Part shown: positions 49,136-59,086 of the stretch, piece after piece | How positions within the stretch are numbered: the first letter of the stretch is position 1 | Layout: each line of letters starts with the position of its first letter | Source of the DNA: Candidatus Latescibacterota bacterium | GTDB lineage: Bacteria; Latescibacterota; UBA2968; GCA-2709665 | Direction of reading: 5' to 3' | Length of the DNA stretch: 64,000 nt | NCBI GenBank assembly: GCA_965219995.1 | Contig: CBDCOX010000002.1 | Coordinates: forward strand, 2,080,001 to 2,144,000 | The notes under the pieces: generated by a model | The model's input: only the letters and a program-made list of their open reading frames with translations | Databases searched by the model: none | What the model was told of the DNA's origin: nothing | Program-made: the position numbers and the translations under genes

Positions 49136-49903
49136 ATGGGAGCCTCTGTCGTGACCGACGAAGAAAAATTCAGCTTCGACCTGGAGGGCTATCTGGTGGT
49201 CCGGAACGTCCTTGACGCCGGCGACCTGACACGGCTGAACGCGGCTGCGGAACGGGCCATGCCGGATTGGGGCGACTCCGGCATTAGCACGACCGGGCGG
49301 GTTTCTCAATGGGGACCTGAGTTCCAGGCGCTGATGGACCACGATATGATCGTGCCGTATCTGGTCGAATTGCTGGGCCCCAAATTCCGAATCGACCACG
49401 ATTACTGCATCTTCATGAAAAGAGGAGCGACGCGCGGCGGCCTGCACGGCGGCGAGACGGACAAGGAGGCGGACCACTGGTACAAATATCGAGACGGCGT
49501 GATGCGCAACGGACTGACCGTGGTCACCTACTTTCTTTCACCCGCAAGGGCCGGTGACGGCGGATTCGCCTGCATCCCCGGAAGCCATAAATCCAATTTC
49601 GTCGATCGGGTGCCGCGGGACGTGCGTCGCTTCGAACGCGACGCCCATTACGTGGTACAGCCCGAAGTGGATGCCGGTGACGCCCTCATTTTTACGGAGG
49701 CGCTCATCCACGGCACGAAGCCCTGGACTGCCGGCCACGATCGCCGCGCCCTGCTTTACAAGTACAGTCCAGGGCACTCGGCCTGGTCACAGGGATATTA
49801 CAACCCCGAGGAGTACGCGGACCTGACGGAGCAACAGCGACGCCTCATGGCGCCGCCCTCCGTTGGAAGGCGCCCGGATACGGTTGGGCTGGCGAACGAT
49901 TAG
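49136..49903 (+). CDS. PhyH family Fe(II)/2OG oxygenase with HxG iron motif
   Basis: EKFSFDLEGYLVV, GLHGG, GGFACIPGSHK, FTEALIHGT, RRALLYKY. Confidence 0.85.
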   Translation: MGASVVTDEEKFSFDLEGYLVVRNVLDAGDLTRLNAAAERAMPDWGDSGISTTGRVSQWGPEFQALMDHDMIVPYLVELLGPKFRIDHDYCIFMKRGATRGGLHGGETDKEADHWYKYRDGVMRNGLTVVTYFLSPARAGDGGFACIPGSHKSNFVDRVPRDVRRFERDAHYVVQPEVDAGDALIFTEALIHGTKPWTAGHDRRALLYKYSPGHSAWSQGYYNPEEYADLTEQQRRLMAPPSVGRRPDTVGLAND

Positions 49904-50036
49904 CCCGATCGCGCCCGTTTCCATCGTCTGTTTCCGGCATGGAACGGGCGTTGACATTCGGGAGACACCGCCTTTCACGCAACGACCCCGAATCGGCCAT
50001 TCTTCAGGATTCATGTATTCGATAGGAGACCCTGCA

Positions 50037-51497
50037 ATGCCCGCGCTCGATCCCTGTCCGCTATTCATCAACGGGGAATGGGTCCTGCCCTCCGGGACGG
50101 CAACCGAACCGGTCTATAACCCCTCGGAAGGCACGATCATCTCCGCAACGCCCATGTGCGGCGCCGATGAAGTAGACCGCGCCGTCAGCGCCGCGAGTGC
50201 CGCGTTTCCGTCCTGGGCCGAAACCCCCGCCGTTGATCGCGCCCGCCTCATGTTTCGCTTCAAGGAACTCCTGGAAAAACACTTCGAGGAACTTTCACGG
50301 ATCGTCACCCGCGAACACGGCAAGACACTCGACGAGTCCCGGGGGTCCGTCCGGCGCGGGATCGAAGTCGTGGAATTCGCCTGCGGGGCGCCATCTCTGC
50401 TGATGGGCGAGGCCCTGGAAAACATCGCGCCCGGTATCGACTGCGACACGATCCGGCAGCCGCTCGGCGTCTGCGCGGCCGTCACGCCGTTCAACTTCCC
50501 GATCATGGTGCCGCTGTGGACCCTGCCCGTCGCGCTCGTGTGCGGAAATACCTTCGTACTCAAACCCTCCGAGAAGGTGCCGCTCAGCGCGATTCGAATG
50601 GTGGAACTCCTCGAAGAAGCAGGTCTTCCCCGGGGCGTTCTCAACCTGGTCCATGGCGGGCGTGATGCCGTGGATGCCCTGCTGCATCATCCGGACGTGC
50701 GCACCGTGTCCTTCGTCGGTTCCACGCCCGTGGCCAGATATATCTACCAGACCGCGACCCGAAACGGCAAGCGGGTGCAGTCCGCGGGAGGCGCCAAGAA
50801 CTATATGGTCGTCCTTCCCGACGCCGAACCGGATGCCACGATCGATGCCGTCTTGGGATCCGCGTACGGGTGCGCCGGGGAGAGGTGCATGGCGGGCAGC
50901 GTGCTCGTATGCGCGCACGATGCGGCAAAGCGGTTTCTGCCCAGGCTGAACGACGCGGCGCGCAATTTGCGCGTGGGTCCTACAGACAGGGACACCGACG
51001 CGGAGATGGGGCCGCTGGTTACCGCCCAACATCTCGAAAGCGTACGAGGCTCTATCTGGACCGGCATTTCCGAGGGCGCTGAACTGATCGTAGACGGACG
51101 CGACGTGGTCGTCAACGACTGTCCCGGCGGTTTCTATCTGGGGCCGACCATCTTCGACCACGTACAGCCAGGGATGCAGATTGCCAGGGAGGAGATCTTC
51201 GGCCCGGTGCTGTCGGTGATGCACACGGACGACCTGGATGGCGCCATCGAGACCTGCAATAACAGCGGTTACGGCAATGCCGCCGTGCTCTTTACCGGGA
51301 GCGGAGGCGCCGCGCGCACGTTCCGTCACCGCATCAACGCCGGTATGGTGGGTATCAATACCGGCGTTCCGGCGCCCATGGCCTTCTTTCCCTTCTCCGG
51401 CTGGAACAACTCCTTCTTCGGCGATCTGCACGTCCAGGGTCACGAAGGCGTCTCCTTCTTTACACGCCAGAAAGTCACCATCAGCCGCTGGGGATGA
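50037..51497 (+). CDS. mmsA: CoA-acylating methylmalonate-semialdehyde dehydrogenase
   Basis: TPFNFP, LKPSE, SFVGST, GGAKN, GCAGERCMA, EEIFGPV. Confidence 0.9.
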   Translation: MPALDPCPLFINGEWVLPSGTATEPVYNPSEGTIISATPMCGADEVDRAVSAASAAFPSWAETPAVDRARLMFRFKELLEKHFEELSRIVTREHGKTLDESRGSVRRGIEVVEFACGAPSLLMGEALENIAPGIDCDTIRQPLGVCAAVTPFNFPIMVPLWTLPVALVCGNTFVLKPSEKVPLSAIRMVELLEEAGLPRGVLNLVHGGRDAVDALLHHPDVRTVSFVGSTPVARYIYQTATRNGKRVQSAGGAKNYMVVLPDAEPDATIDAVLGSAYGCAGERCMAGSVLVCAHDAAKRFLPRLNDAARNLRVGPTDRDTDAEMGPLVTAQHLESVRGSIWTGISEGAELIVDGRDVVVNDCPGGFYLGPTIFDHVQPGMQIAREEIFGPVLSVMHTDDLDGAIETCNNSGYGNAAVLFTGSGGAARTFRHRINAGMVGINTGVPAPMAFFPFSGWNNSFFGDLHVQGHEGVSFFTRQKVTISRWG

Positions 51498-51500
51498 CCG

Positions 51501-52571
51501 TTGAACAAACGCCTGCAGAAAATCTTCCGCGACGTCCTCTCTCTTCCCACGGCGCCTTTTTACGAAGACGCCGTTGCCGCATTCATACGGTCCTTCGCCA
51601 GGCGCCGCCGGATCCCGACCCGGACGGACAGGTACGGGAATATCGTCCTTCACTATCAGCGTGGCGATCATCCGGAACCCGTCGCCCTTACCGCCCATAT
51701 GGACCACCCCGGGTGCGAGATCGTCGACGCCGATGGCCTGAACCTCACCGCCCGCTGGCTGGGGGCGTGCGACCCCCGCCATTTTCCCGGCGGGCGCGTC
51801 ACCATGGTCTCAGGCGGCGACGAGATATCCGGCAAAGCGGTGTCCCCACTGGGCGACGACAAGGTCTTTTCATTGCGCGCCGCACGCCCGCTTCCGGACC
51901 CCGAGGGCGCGTACGGCTACTGGCGGCTCAGGCCGGTTGCGTTCGACGGCGACGCCATCCGGACCAAGGGCGCGGACAACCTGGCAAGCTGCGCTGCCAT
52001 TCTGGCCGTGATGGACAGGCTGCGACGGGAGAAAGCACACGCCGACCTTCTGGGCGTTTTCACGCGCGCCGAGGAAGTTGGCCTGCTCGGCGCGGGCGGT
52101 ATCGTGCGTGCACGGACCGTCCCCAGACGGGTACCGATGATCGTGCTCGAGACCAGCAAGGCCCTTCCCGGCGCCGAAATCGGCGGCGGCCCGGTCATCC
52201 GTGTGGGCGATGCGATGAGCGTATTCGATCCAAGGATCGAATACGCCATACACAGCACCGCGCGAGACCTAGGAAAGACAAAGCGGAGTTTCAGATTCCA
52301 GCGCCAGCTGATGAGCGGCGGGGTCTGTGAAGCCACCCTGTACGTCCTGTACAATATGGTTGTCGGGGCCCTCGCCTTCCCCCTGGGCAACTACCACAAC
52401 ATGGGCCGGCGCTGGCCGGCGGAGGAGGTTATTTCCGTGTCCGACGCCGTCCACATGGTCGACCTCTGCCATGCGCTGGCCATCGACCCACCCGTCGGAG
52501 AGACAAGAGACCCTATGAAGAAACGCTTTTCCGACTCGTTCAAATCCAGGGGAAGACGCCTGCTCTCGTAG
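51501..52571 (+). CDS. M20/M42-type zinc metallohydrolase
   Basis: AHMDHPG, ADNLA, TRAEEVG, LETS, GGVCEA, GNYHN. Confidence 0.8.
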   Translation: MNKRLQKIFRDVLSLPTAPFYEDAVAAFIRSFARRRRIPTRTDRYGNIVLHYQRGDHPEPVALTAHMDHPGCEIVDADGLNLTARWLGACDPRHFPGGRVTMVSGGDEISGKAVSPLGDDKVFSLRAARPLPDPEGAYGYWRLRPVAFDGDAIRTKGADNLASCAAILAVMDRLRREKAHADLLGVFTRAEEVGLLGAGGIVRARTVPRRVPMIVLETSKALPGAEIGGGPVIRVGDAMSVFDPRIEYAIHSTARDLGKTKRSFRFQRQLMSGGVCEATLYVLYNMVVGALAFPLGNYHNMGRRWPAEEVISVSDAVHMVDLCHALAIDPPVGETRDPMKKRFSDSFKSRGRRLLS

Positions 52572-52617
52572 CCGGTGTCTCCACCCGCAGACAGCCTGAC
52601 CGCGGTCCTTCGAAACC

Positions 52618-53883
52618 ATGCAATCCTACCTGCAAACCCTGCGGCTGTTCAACCGCGACGTCCGGCTGTATCTCGCCGCAACGATCCTCTTCGGTTTCAG
52701 CCTTTTCGGAGGCATTACCTCCCTGCTGCTCAACCTGTACCTGCTTCGTCTCGGATACGGACCCACCTTCGTCGGGTGGGTAAACGCCACCGGTGCGTTC
52801 TCCTTTGCAATTTTCAGTCTGCCGGCCGGGTTCATGGGGGCCCGGTGGGATCCGCGGGTTGTCATGATCGCGGGAATCGGCATCGCCATTGTTGGCAACG
52901 GGCTTCTTTCTCAAGCCGAACTCGTCTCCGCCGGCGCCCGGGACGCGTTCGTACTGGCCACCAACGCGCTGGGACTGCTGGGTGTCGCCCTCTACATCGT
53001 CAACGGCGCCCCGTACCTGATGGGCGTTACCGGATCGCGGGAACGCAACCACGTCTTCTCCATGCAGGGTGCCCTCTTTCCACTCGCCGGCTTCTTCGGA
53101 AGTCTCGTGGGCGGCATCCTCCCCGGCCGGATCGCCTGGCTGATGAACCTCGCACCTTACAACCCCGCACCTTTCCGCTACACGCTGCTCGCCGCGTCCG
53201 CCCTGCTCATTCCGGCTCTGTTCCTCCTCGTCGCCATGCAAAAACCCGAGATCCGGCGGCCGCGTGAAAGCGTGGAAGCATCCGATGCGCCGTTTCCGCT
53301 GGGGCTCATCGCACTGGTCGCCCTCACTTCGCTTCTGCACGTTGCCGGAGAGGGCGCCGTTCGTACTTTCTTCAATGTCTACCTGGACGCCGGGCTGCGC
53401 GTTCCCACCTCTCTGATCGGCACGATCATGGCCACCGGGCAGCTACTCGCCGTGCCGGCCGCACTGATGCTGCCGTTCTTCACGAGACGCTTCGGCAATC
53501 AGCCCACGGTCGTACTGGCTGCCCTCTGTACCCCCCTTATGTTGATTCCAATGGCCTTTATCCCGCATTGGGTTCCGGCAGGGTTCTGTTTCATGAACAT
53601 TGTGGCTCTGGCCGCCATCCGGCGCCCGGCCTTCGTCGTTTACAACCAGGAGATCGTGTCCCCGCGCTGGCGCGCGACCATGTCCGGCGCTTCCTCGATG
53701 ATGGCGGGCATCGGCTATTCCGTGATCGCGATGGGCGGCGGCTACATCATCTCCACCGCGGGGTACCGCGCTCTGTTCCTTACCAGCGCGGCATTTACCG
53801 CACTCGGCACGCTTGTTTTCTGGGTTTATTTCCGTACGCCACGGGGCGAATTCGCCCGGCAGCCATCAAAAGACCCTTCCTGA
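52618..53883 (+). CDS. MFS transporter
   Basis: About 12 TM segments; LNLYLLRLGY, FFNVYL. Confidence 0.85.
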   Translation: MQSYLQTLRLFNRDVRLYLAATILFGFSLFGGITSLLLNLYLLRLGYGPTFVGWVNATGAFSFAIFSLPAGFMGARWDPRVVMIAGIGIAIVGNGLLSQAELVSAGARDAFVLATNALGLLGVALYIVNGAPYLMGVTGSRERNHVFSMQGALFPLAGFFGSLVGGILPGRIAWLMNLAPYNPAPFRYTLLAASALLIPALFLLVAMQKPEIRRPRESVEASDAPFPLGLIALVALTSLLHVAGEGAVRTFFNVYLDAGLRVPTSLIGTIMATGQLLAVPAALMLPFFTRRFGNQPTVVLAALCTPLMLIPMAFIPHWVPAGFCFMNIVALAAIRRPAFVVYNQEIVSPRWRATMSGASSMMAGIGYSVIAMGGGYIISTAGYRALFLTSAAFTALGTLVFWVYFRTPRGEFARQPSKDPS

Positions 53884-53895
53884 AGGAGACCCCCA

Positions 53896-54789
53896 ATGGA
53901 ATACCGAACCCTCGGAAAGACCGGACTGCGCGTTTCGGAAATCGGCTACGGCGCCGCGCAGGTCGGCAATATGAACCTGTCCGAAACCCTCGTGGACCGC
54001 GCCCTCAACGCGGTTCTGGACGCGGGCATCAATTTCATAGACACGGCCGCCATGTATGGCGTGAGCGAAGAGCGAATCGGGAGGTATATCTCTCATCGGC
54101 AGGACGAATTCATCCTGGCCACGAAATGCGGCGACTACGTAGGGGAGTCCGGTGGCGAACGCCGCATCGTGCGGGACTACAGCCGGGAAGGTATCCTGCG
54201 TACGATCGACGAGAGTCGAAAGAAGCTGAACATGGACGTGATCGATATCGTTCAGTTTCACGGGTTGCCCGATCCGGACGACGACGATGAGGTGGCCTTC
54301 GAGGCCCTTCTGGACGCCAGGGAAAGAGGCTGGACCCGCTTTGTGGGCGTGTCGGCGGACGGACCGTCGGCCGCGGCGGCGGCGCTGCGCTGGCCTCTGG
54401 ACACCCAGGAATTCACCTACAACATCCTCTACCAGGAATCCGCACGGGATCTCATGCCGACGTTGAAGGCACAACGGATGGGCACCATCATCAAGCGACC
54501 CATCTCCAATGCCGTGTGGCAACTGAACGAACGTCCCGAAGGCGACTATATGGGCGGACCCTGGGACCGGGCGCAATCCATACCTCTGGCCGACCTTGCG
54601 GGCGGGATGCCCATCCTCGAATTCGTACTGCGTTTCACGCTTTCGCATCCGGACGTCTGCACCGCCATCATCGGCTCCACCAGTCCCGACCATATTCGCG
54701 CCAACGTCGACGTCTCCGACGGACGCGAACTGTCCGACGACGTCGTGCGGGAAGCCAGAGCGGCGTTTCTGGCGCAGTTCGGTGAATGA
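53896..54789 (+). CDS. Aldo/keto reductase
   Basis: YRTLGKTGLRVSEIGYG, INFIDTAAMYG, LATKCG, DIVQFH. Confidence 0.92.
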   Translation: MEYRTLGKTGLRVSEIGYGAAQVGNMNLSETLVDRALNAVLDAGINFIDTAAMYGVSEERIGRYISHRQDEFILATKCGDYVGESGGERRIVRDYSREGILRTIDESRKKLNMDVIDIVQFHGLPDPDDDDEVAFEALLDARERGWTRFVGVSADGPSAAAAALRWPLDTQEFTYNILYQESARDLMPTLKAQRMGTIIKRPISNAVWQLNERPEGDYMGGPWDRAQSIPLADLAGGMPILEFVLRFTLSHPDVCTAIIGSTSPDHIRANVDVSDGRELSDDVVREARAAFLAQFGE

Positions 54790-54837
54790 CGAGGCGAGAA
54801 GAGAGAACGCAAGAGGGTGCGCTTCACCGAAAAGAGA

Positions 54838-54870
54838 CAAGGGCTACGAGACATTTCTCGTAACCCCTTG
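54838..54870 (-). terminator. Hairpin immediately 3' of tRNA-Pro
   Basis: Minus strand CAAGGGGTTACGAGA-AATG-TCTCGTAGCCCTTG followed by TCTCTTTT. Confidence 0.6.
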
Positions 54871-54877
54871 TTTTTTA

Positions 54878-54954
54878 TGGTCGGGGAGGCGGGATTCGAA
54901 CCCGCGACCCCCTGCTCCCAAAGCAGGTGCTCTGCCGGACTGAGCCACTCCCCG
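54878..54954 (-). tRNA. tRNA-Pro (anticodon TGG)
   Basis: CGGGGAG acceptor stem, anticodon arm CCTGC-TTTGGGA-GCAGG, GGTTCGAATCC T-arm, encoded CCA; 77 nt. Confidence 0.96.
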
Positions 54955-54986
54955 TCCAATCGTGCCAGGTCAGGATATCTGTTCGG

Positions 54987-55015
54987 AATATCCATAAAAC
55001 CGCTGTTTCGAGCAA
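54987..55015 (-). promoter_or_regulatory. Putative sigma70 promoter for tRNA-Pro
   Basis: TTGCTC, 17-nt spacer, GATATT on the minus strand. Confidence 0.4.
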
Positions 55016-55250
55016 GAAAAAAGGTGGAGTGGATGCACAGGTTCTTGCCATCGACGACAAATCTGGAGGCACGCACGACAGATGAAGACCGGTCAACCGC
55101 AATCCTCATCGAATCTGTAACGCAAGGTCCACAGTGCCCCCGTTTCCAGCCTCCATTGATTTCCCTTGCCGCTTCCGAACCGGCAAGGTAATTTGAACTG
55201 CGGATCGCTTCGACCCGTTTCGTATCCCCTTTTCAATCCCTTCTTCGCCT

Positions 55251-56384
55251 ATGCCCGACAAACCGGTACTCATCATCGACGGCCATCTGGACATGGCCTT
55301 CAACGCGCTCTTCTACCGGCGCGACCTCACGCAACCGGTGCACGTGCTTCGCGAACGCGAGGACGTCGTCCGCGCGGGCCTTTCGACCCATAAGGACTCA
55401 CTGGAGAGACGCGCGGGCCTGAAGGACAAGCACTACACGGTCACGGTCACGCTGCCTGAAATGCGCGAGGGTCACGTGGGCATCATGCTGTCGACGATCA
55501 TGGCCCGAGTTCAGGCCCCCTCCATCGACTCGCACAACTCGGTCCGCGCGCAGTCGGTCGCCTACGCCAGGGGTCAGAGCCACCTCCACTACTACAACGC
55601 CCTGGCCCGCCGGGGCGAAATCACGTTCATCAAAGACGCCGGCGACCTGGATGCCTGCGTATCATCCTGGGAGCATCCGACGGACACCACGCCGATCGGA
55701 CTGATTCTCACCGCCGAGAGCGCCGACCCCATCCTGGGACCCGACCAGGTCGCAGAATGGTGGGACGCCGGTCTGCGGTCCGTGTCGCTTACCCACTTCG
55801 GCGCGAATACATACGGCCACGGCACAGGCACCGTCGGCGGCCTCTATCCCCCGGCCTACCCCCTGATGGACGCTTTCAAAGACGCGGGTATGGTGATTGA
55901 CCTCACCCATGCGTCGGACCTCAGCTTCTGGCAGATCCTGGACTACTGGGAAGGCCCGGTCCACGCCAGTCACTGCAACTGCCGCGCGCTGGTTCCGGGA
56001 CAGCGTCACCTCAGCGACGATATGATCCGCGCCATCGTGGAACGCGGCGGCGTCATCGGCATGGTCTTTGCCGAACAGATGCTCAGCCCCGCCTGGGACT
56101 GGGACGATCCGTCGACCCACTACGCCACTGCAACCCGGCCGATGAAGGCCGTTGTCGAACATATCGACCACATCTGCCAGTTGACGGGCAACAGCAAACA
56201 CGTGGCGATCGGCACGGACCTGGACGGAGGATTCGGGCTGGAACTCTCACCCACGGACTACAACACGATCGTCGACCTCCAGCGGTTCCCCGGCATCCTG
56301 GAAGCGCATGGGTACAACGCCGAGGACGTCGACAACATCTGTCACGGGAACCTGATCAGGTTTTTCAAAGCCGCGTGGACCTGA
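55251..56384 (+). CDS. Membrane dipeptidase (M19) family, copy 1
   Basis: IDGHLD, AESADPI, DLTH, HASHCN, IGTDLDGG. Confidence 0.9.
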   Translation: MPDKPVLIIDGHLDMAFNALFYRRDLTQPVHVLREREDVVRAGLSTHKDSLERRAGLKDKHYTVTVTLPEMREGHVGIMLSTIMARVQAPSIDSHNSVRAQSVAYARGQSHLHYYNALARRGEITFIKDAGDLDACVSSWEHPTDTTPIGLILTAESADPILGPDQVAEWWDAGLRSVSLTHFGANTYGHGTGTVGGLYPPAYPLMDAFKDAGMVIDLTHASDLSFWQILDYWEGPVHASHCNCRALVPGQRHLSDDMIRAIVERGGVIGMVFAEQMLSPAWDWDDPSTHYATATRPMKAVVEHIDHICQLTGNSKHVAIGTDLDGGFGLELSPTDYNTIVDLQRFPGILEAHGYNAEDVDNICHGNLIRFFKAAWT

Positions 56385-56437
56385 CGATAACGTCCCGTCT
56401 CACCTCACCGCAGGGATGATCTTTCCATAGGGATCGA

Positions 56438-57520
56438 ATGTCGGACATTCCGTATCTCATCGCAGACAGCCACCTGGATCTCGGTTTCAGCGCCATTCAG
56501 GTCAATCGTGACCTCACACAGCCGGCCGCGACCGTACGCGTCCACGACGCCGAGCCCGTGATGCGCAGCTTCGGAAGCTGTACCGTCACCTTTCCGGAAC
56601 TTCGCCGGGGCAACGTCGGCATCATCTTCGGCACCATGATGTCCCGTACCGACCCCAACGACCGCTGGACACGCACGGGCATGTACTGCCAGGACCAGTG
56701 CCACGGCGTGGGACGGGGCCACCTGGCCTACTACCAGGCGATGGAGCGCGAAGGCGTGATTCGCTTCATCCGCAATTCGCGGGACCTGGACGAAACGGTG
56801 GCCGCGTGGGAGAACCCGGCCCCCGATACGCCAATCGGCCTGGTAGTGGCCATGGAAAGCGCCGACCCCATCCTGGACCCGTCCCAGGTCCCCGAATGGT
56901 ACGATCTCGGGCTCCGAATCGTGAGCATTTCCCACTACGGCGTCAGTTCCTACTGCCACGGAACGGGCACCGAGGGCGGCCTGCTGGAACGCGGCAAACC
57001 CCTGCTCGCCGCCCTGAAGGAAGCGGGGATTATCGTTGATCTGACCCACACCACTGACCAGGCCTTCTGGGAAATCCTGGACGTCTACGACGGTCCCGTG
57101 GCCGCTTCTCACCACAACTGCCGCGCCCTCACCCCCGGACAGCGCCAGCTCACCGACGCCATGATCGGCGCCATCATCCAACGAGGCGGCGTGATAGGCG
57201 CTGCATTCGATGCCTGGATGCTGGATCCGGACTGGAACCGCGACATCCCATGTTGGGCGCAGAACACAAAGGCCACCCTCGAAACCGTAGCCAATCACAT
57301 CGACCACGTCTGTCAACTCGCCGGCAACGCACGGCACGCCGGCATCGGCACCGATCTGGACGGCGGATTCGGACAGGAACAGTCCCCTCGGGACCTCAAC
57401 ACCATCGCCGACCTTCAGAACCTGGTCGGCATCCTCCAGCGCCGTGGCTACAGGGAACCCGACGTTCGCAACATCCTCTCCGGCAACTGGGTCCGATTCC
57501 TCAAGGAAGTCTGGGGATAG
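56438..57520 (+). CDS. Membrane dipeptidase (M19) family, copy 2
   Basis: ADSHLD, MESADPI, DLTH, ASHHN, IGTDLDGG. Confidence 0.9.
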   Translation: MSDIPYLIADSHLDLGFSAIQVNRDLTQPAATVRVHDAEPVMRSFGSCTVTFPELRRGNVGIIFGTMMSRTDPNDRWTRTGMYCQDQCHGVGRGHLAYYQAMEREGVIRFIRNSRDLDETVAAWENPAPDTPIGLVVAMESADPILDPSQVPEWYDLGLRIVSISHYGVSSYCHGTGTEGGLLERGKPLLAALKEAGIIVDLTHTTDQAFWEILDVYDGPVAASHHNCRALTPGQRQLTDAMIGAIIQRGGVIGAAFDAWMLDPDWNRDIPCWAQNTKATLETVANHIDHVCQLAGNARHAGIGTDLDGGFGQEQSPRDLNTIADLQNLVGILQRRGYREPDVRNILSGNWVRFLKEVWG

Positions 57521-57554
57521 GCGATCCACAACGGAACACGCAGACCTGAGCACT

Positions 57555-59024
57555 ATGTCTCCCAGACCCAATCTGCTTCTCATTACAACCGACCAGCAGC
57601 GCGGCGACTGCCTTGGATGCGACGGGCATCCGGTGCTGGAAACGCCCTACCTGGATGAACTGGCCGAGGGCGGCGCGCGATTCGATCACGCCTACACCTC
57701 CGTGCCTTCATGCACCCCCGCCCGCGCCGGTATCCTCACGGGCATGGACCAGTGGAACCACGGCCGTCTCACGATGACCGGCGCCGACCCGCTCGAGTAT
57801 CCGGCCACACTGCCCGGCGAACTCGCTCACGGGGGCTACCATACCCAGGCCGTGGGCAAAATGCATTTCCATCCCCAGCGCAGACTCTACGGTTTCCACC
57901 ATATGGTCCTGGACGAGAGCGGGCGACGACTTGGCAACTTCATCAGCGACTATCACGTTTTCTTTGAGAAACACAAAGAGGGCGAATACGGCTACCGCGA
58001 CCACAGCGTGGACTGGAACTCCTGGATGGCCCGCCCGTCGCACCTGCCCGAACACCTGCATCCCACACACTGGACGGCATCCGAAGGCATCAGGTTCCTG
58101 GAAAACCGGGACCCGACCAAACCCTTCTTTCTCTGGTTGTCTTTCGCTCGCCCGCATTCCCCGTACGACGCGCCGCAGACTTACTACGACATGTACATTG
58201 ACAACCCGCGCATTCCCGAAGCGGCCGCGGGAGCGTGGTCGGCCCGGTACGACCGGCAGATCGCGGATGTGAACGCCCCGCGCACACGCCGCACCGCCGC
58301 CGAGACCCATCGTGCGCGAGCGGCCTATTACGGCAACATTACCTTCATCGACCATCAGATCGGCCGTGTCCTGCACGAACTGCGCCGGCGCGACCCAAAG
58401 GCAGCGGCCAACACCCTGATCCTGTTCACGTCGGACCACGGCGACATGATGGGCGATCATCACCACTGGCGAAAAACCTACGCGTATGAAGGCTCCGCCC
58501 GAATCCCCTTCATCCTCAAATACCCGGACACCTGGGAAATTCACCGCAACGCGACGCTGGGCCAGCCGGTGGAACTGCGAGACGTTATGCCCACGTTCCT
58601 CGATGCCGCGGGCGTCTCCGTCCCCGAATCCGTAGACGGCCGCAGCCTGTTGAATCTCTCACGGGGCGACAGCGAACGCTGGCGGGAGTTCGTTCAGGGC
58701 GAACACACCACCTGTTACGACAGAGAACACGGTATGCAGTACGTAACCGACGGCCGGGAAAAGTACATCTGGTTCCATCATACCGGGGCCGAGCAGTTCT
58801 TCGACCTGGAAACCGACCCACTGGAGTGCATTGACCTCGCGGCCGATGCCGATCGGCAATCACGCATCGACGACTGGCGGGGACGCCTGGCCGAAGTCAA
58901 CGAAACGCGCGGCGACCCGCGGGGCCGGAACGGCGAACTCGTGCCCCAGCCCGGCGGCGCGTTGTCGCTTTCTCCCAACTACGAGAAATGGAAACAACGG
59001 GCGGAAGCGCTGGATGGCGAATAG
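57555..59024 (+). CDS. Arylsulfatase-like sulfatase (Cys-type)
   Basis: TDQQR, CTPAR, GKMHF, PHSPYD, TSDHG. Confidence 0.92.
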   Translation: MSPRPNLLLITTDQQRGDCLGCDGHPVLETPYLDELAEGGARFDHAYTSVPSCTPARAGILTGMDQWNHGRLTMTGADPLEYPATLPGELAHGGYHTQAVGKMHFHPQRRLYGFHHMVLDESGRRLGNFISDYHVFFEKHKEGEYGYRDHSVDWNSWMARPSHLPEHLHPTHWTASEGIRFLENRDPTKPFFLWLSFARPHSPYDAPQTYYDMYIDNPRIPEAAAGAWSARYDRQIADVNAPRTRRTAAETHRARAAYYGNITFIDHQIGRVLHELRRRDPKAAANTLILFTSDHGDMMGDHHHWRKTYAYEGSARIPFILKYPDTWEIHRNATLGQPVELRDVMPTFLDAAGVSVPESVDGRSLLNLSRGDSERWREFVQGEHTTCYDREHGMQYVTDGREKYIWFHHTGAEQFFDLETDPLECIDLAADADRQSRIDDWRGRLAEVNETRGDPRGRNGELVPQPGGALSLSPNYEKWKQRAEALDGE

Positions 59025-59086
59025 AAAAAAACGGCCGGTTCGACGACCAATCCACGACTTGCATACGGGCGAAACGAGAAGATCCC

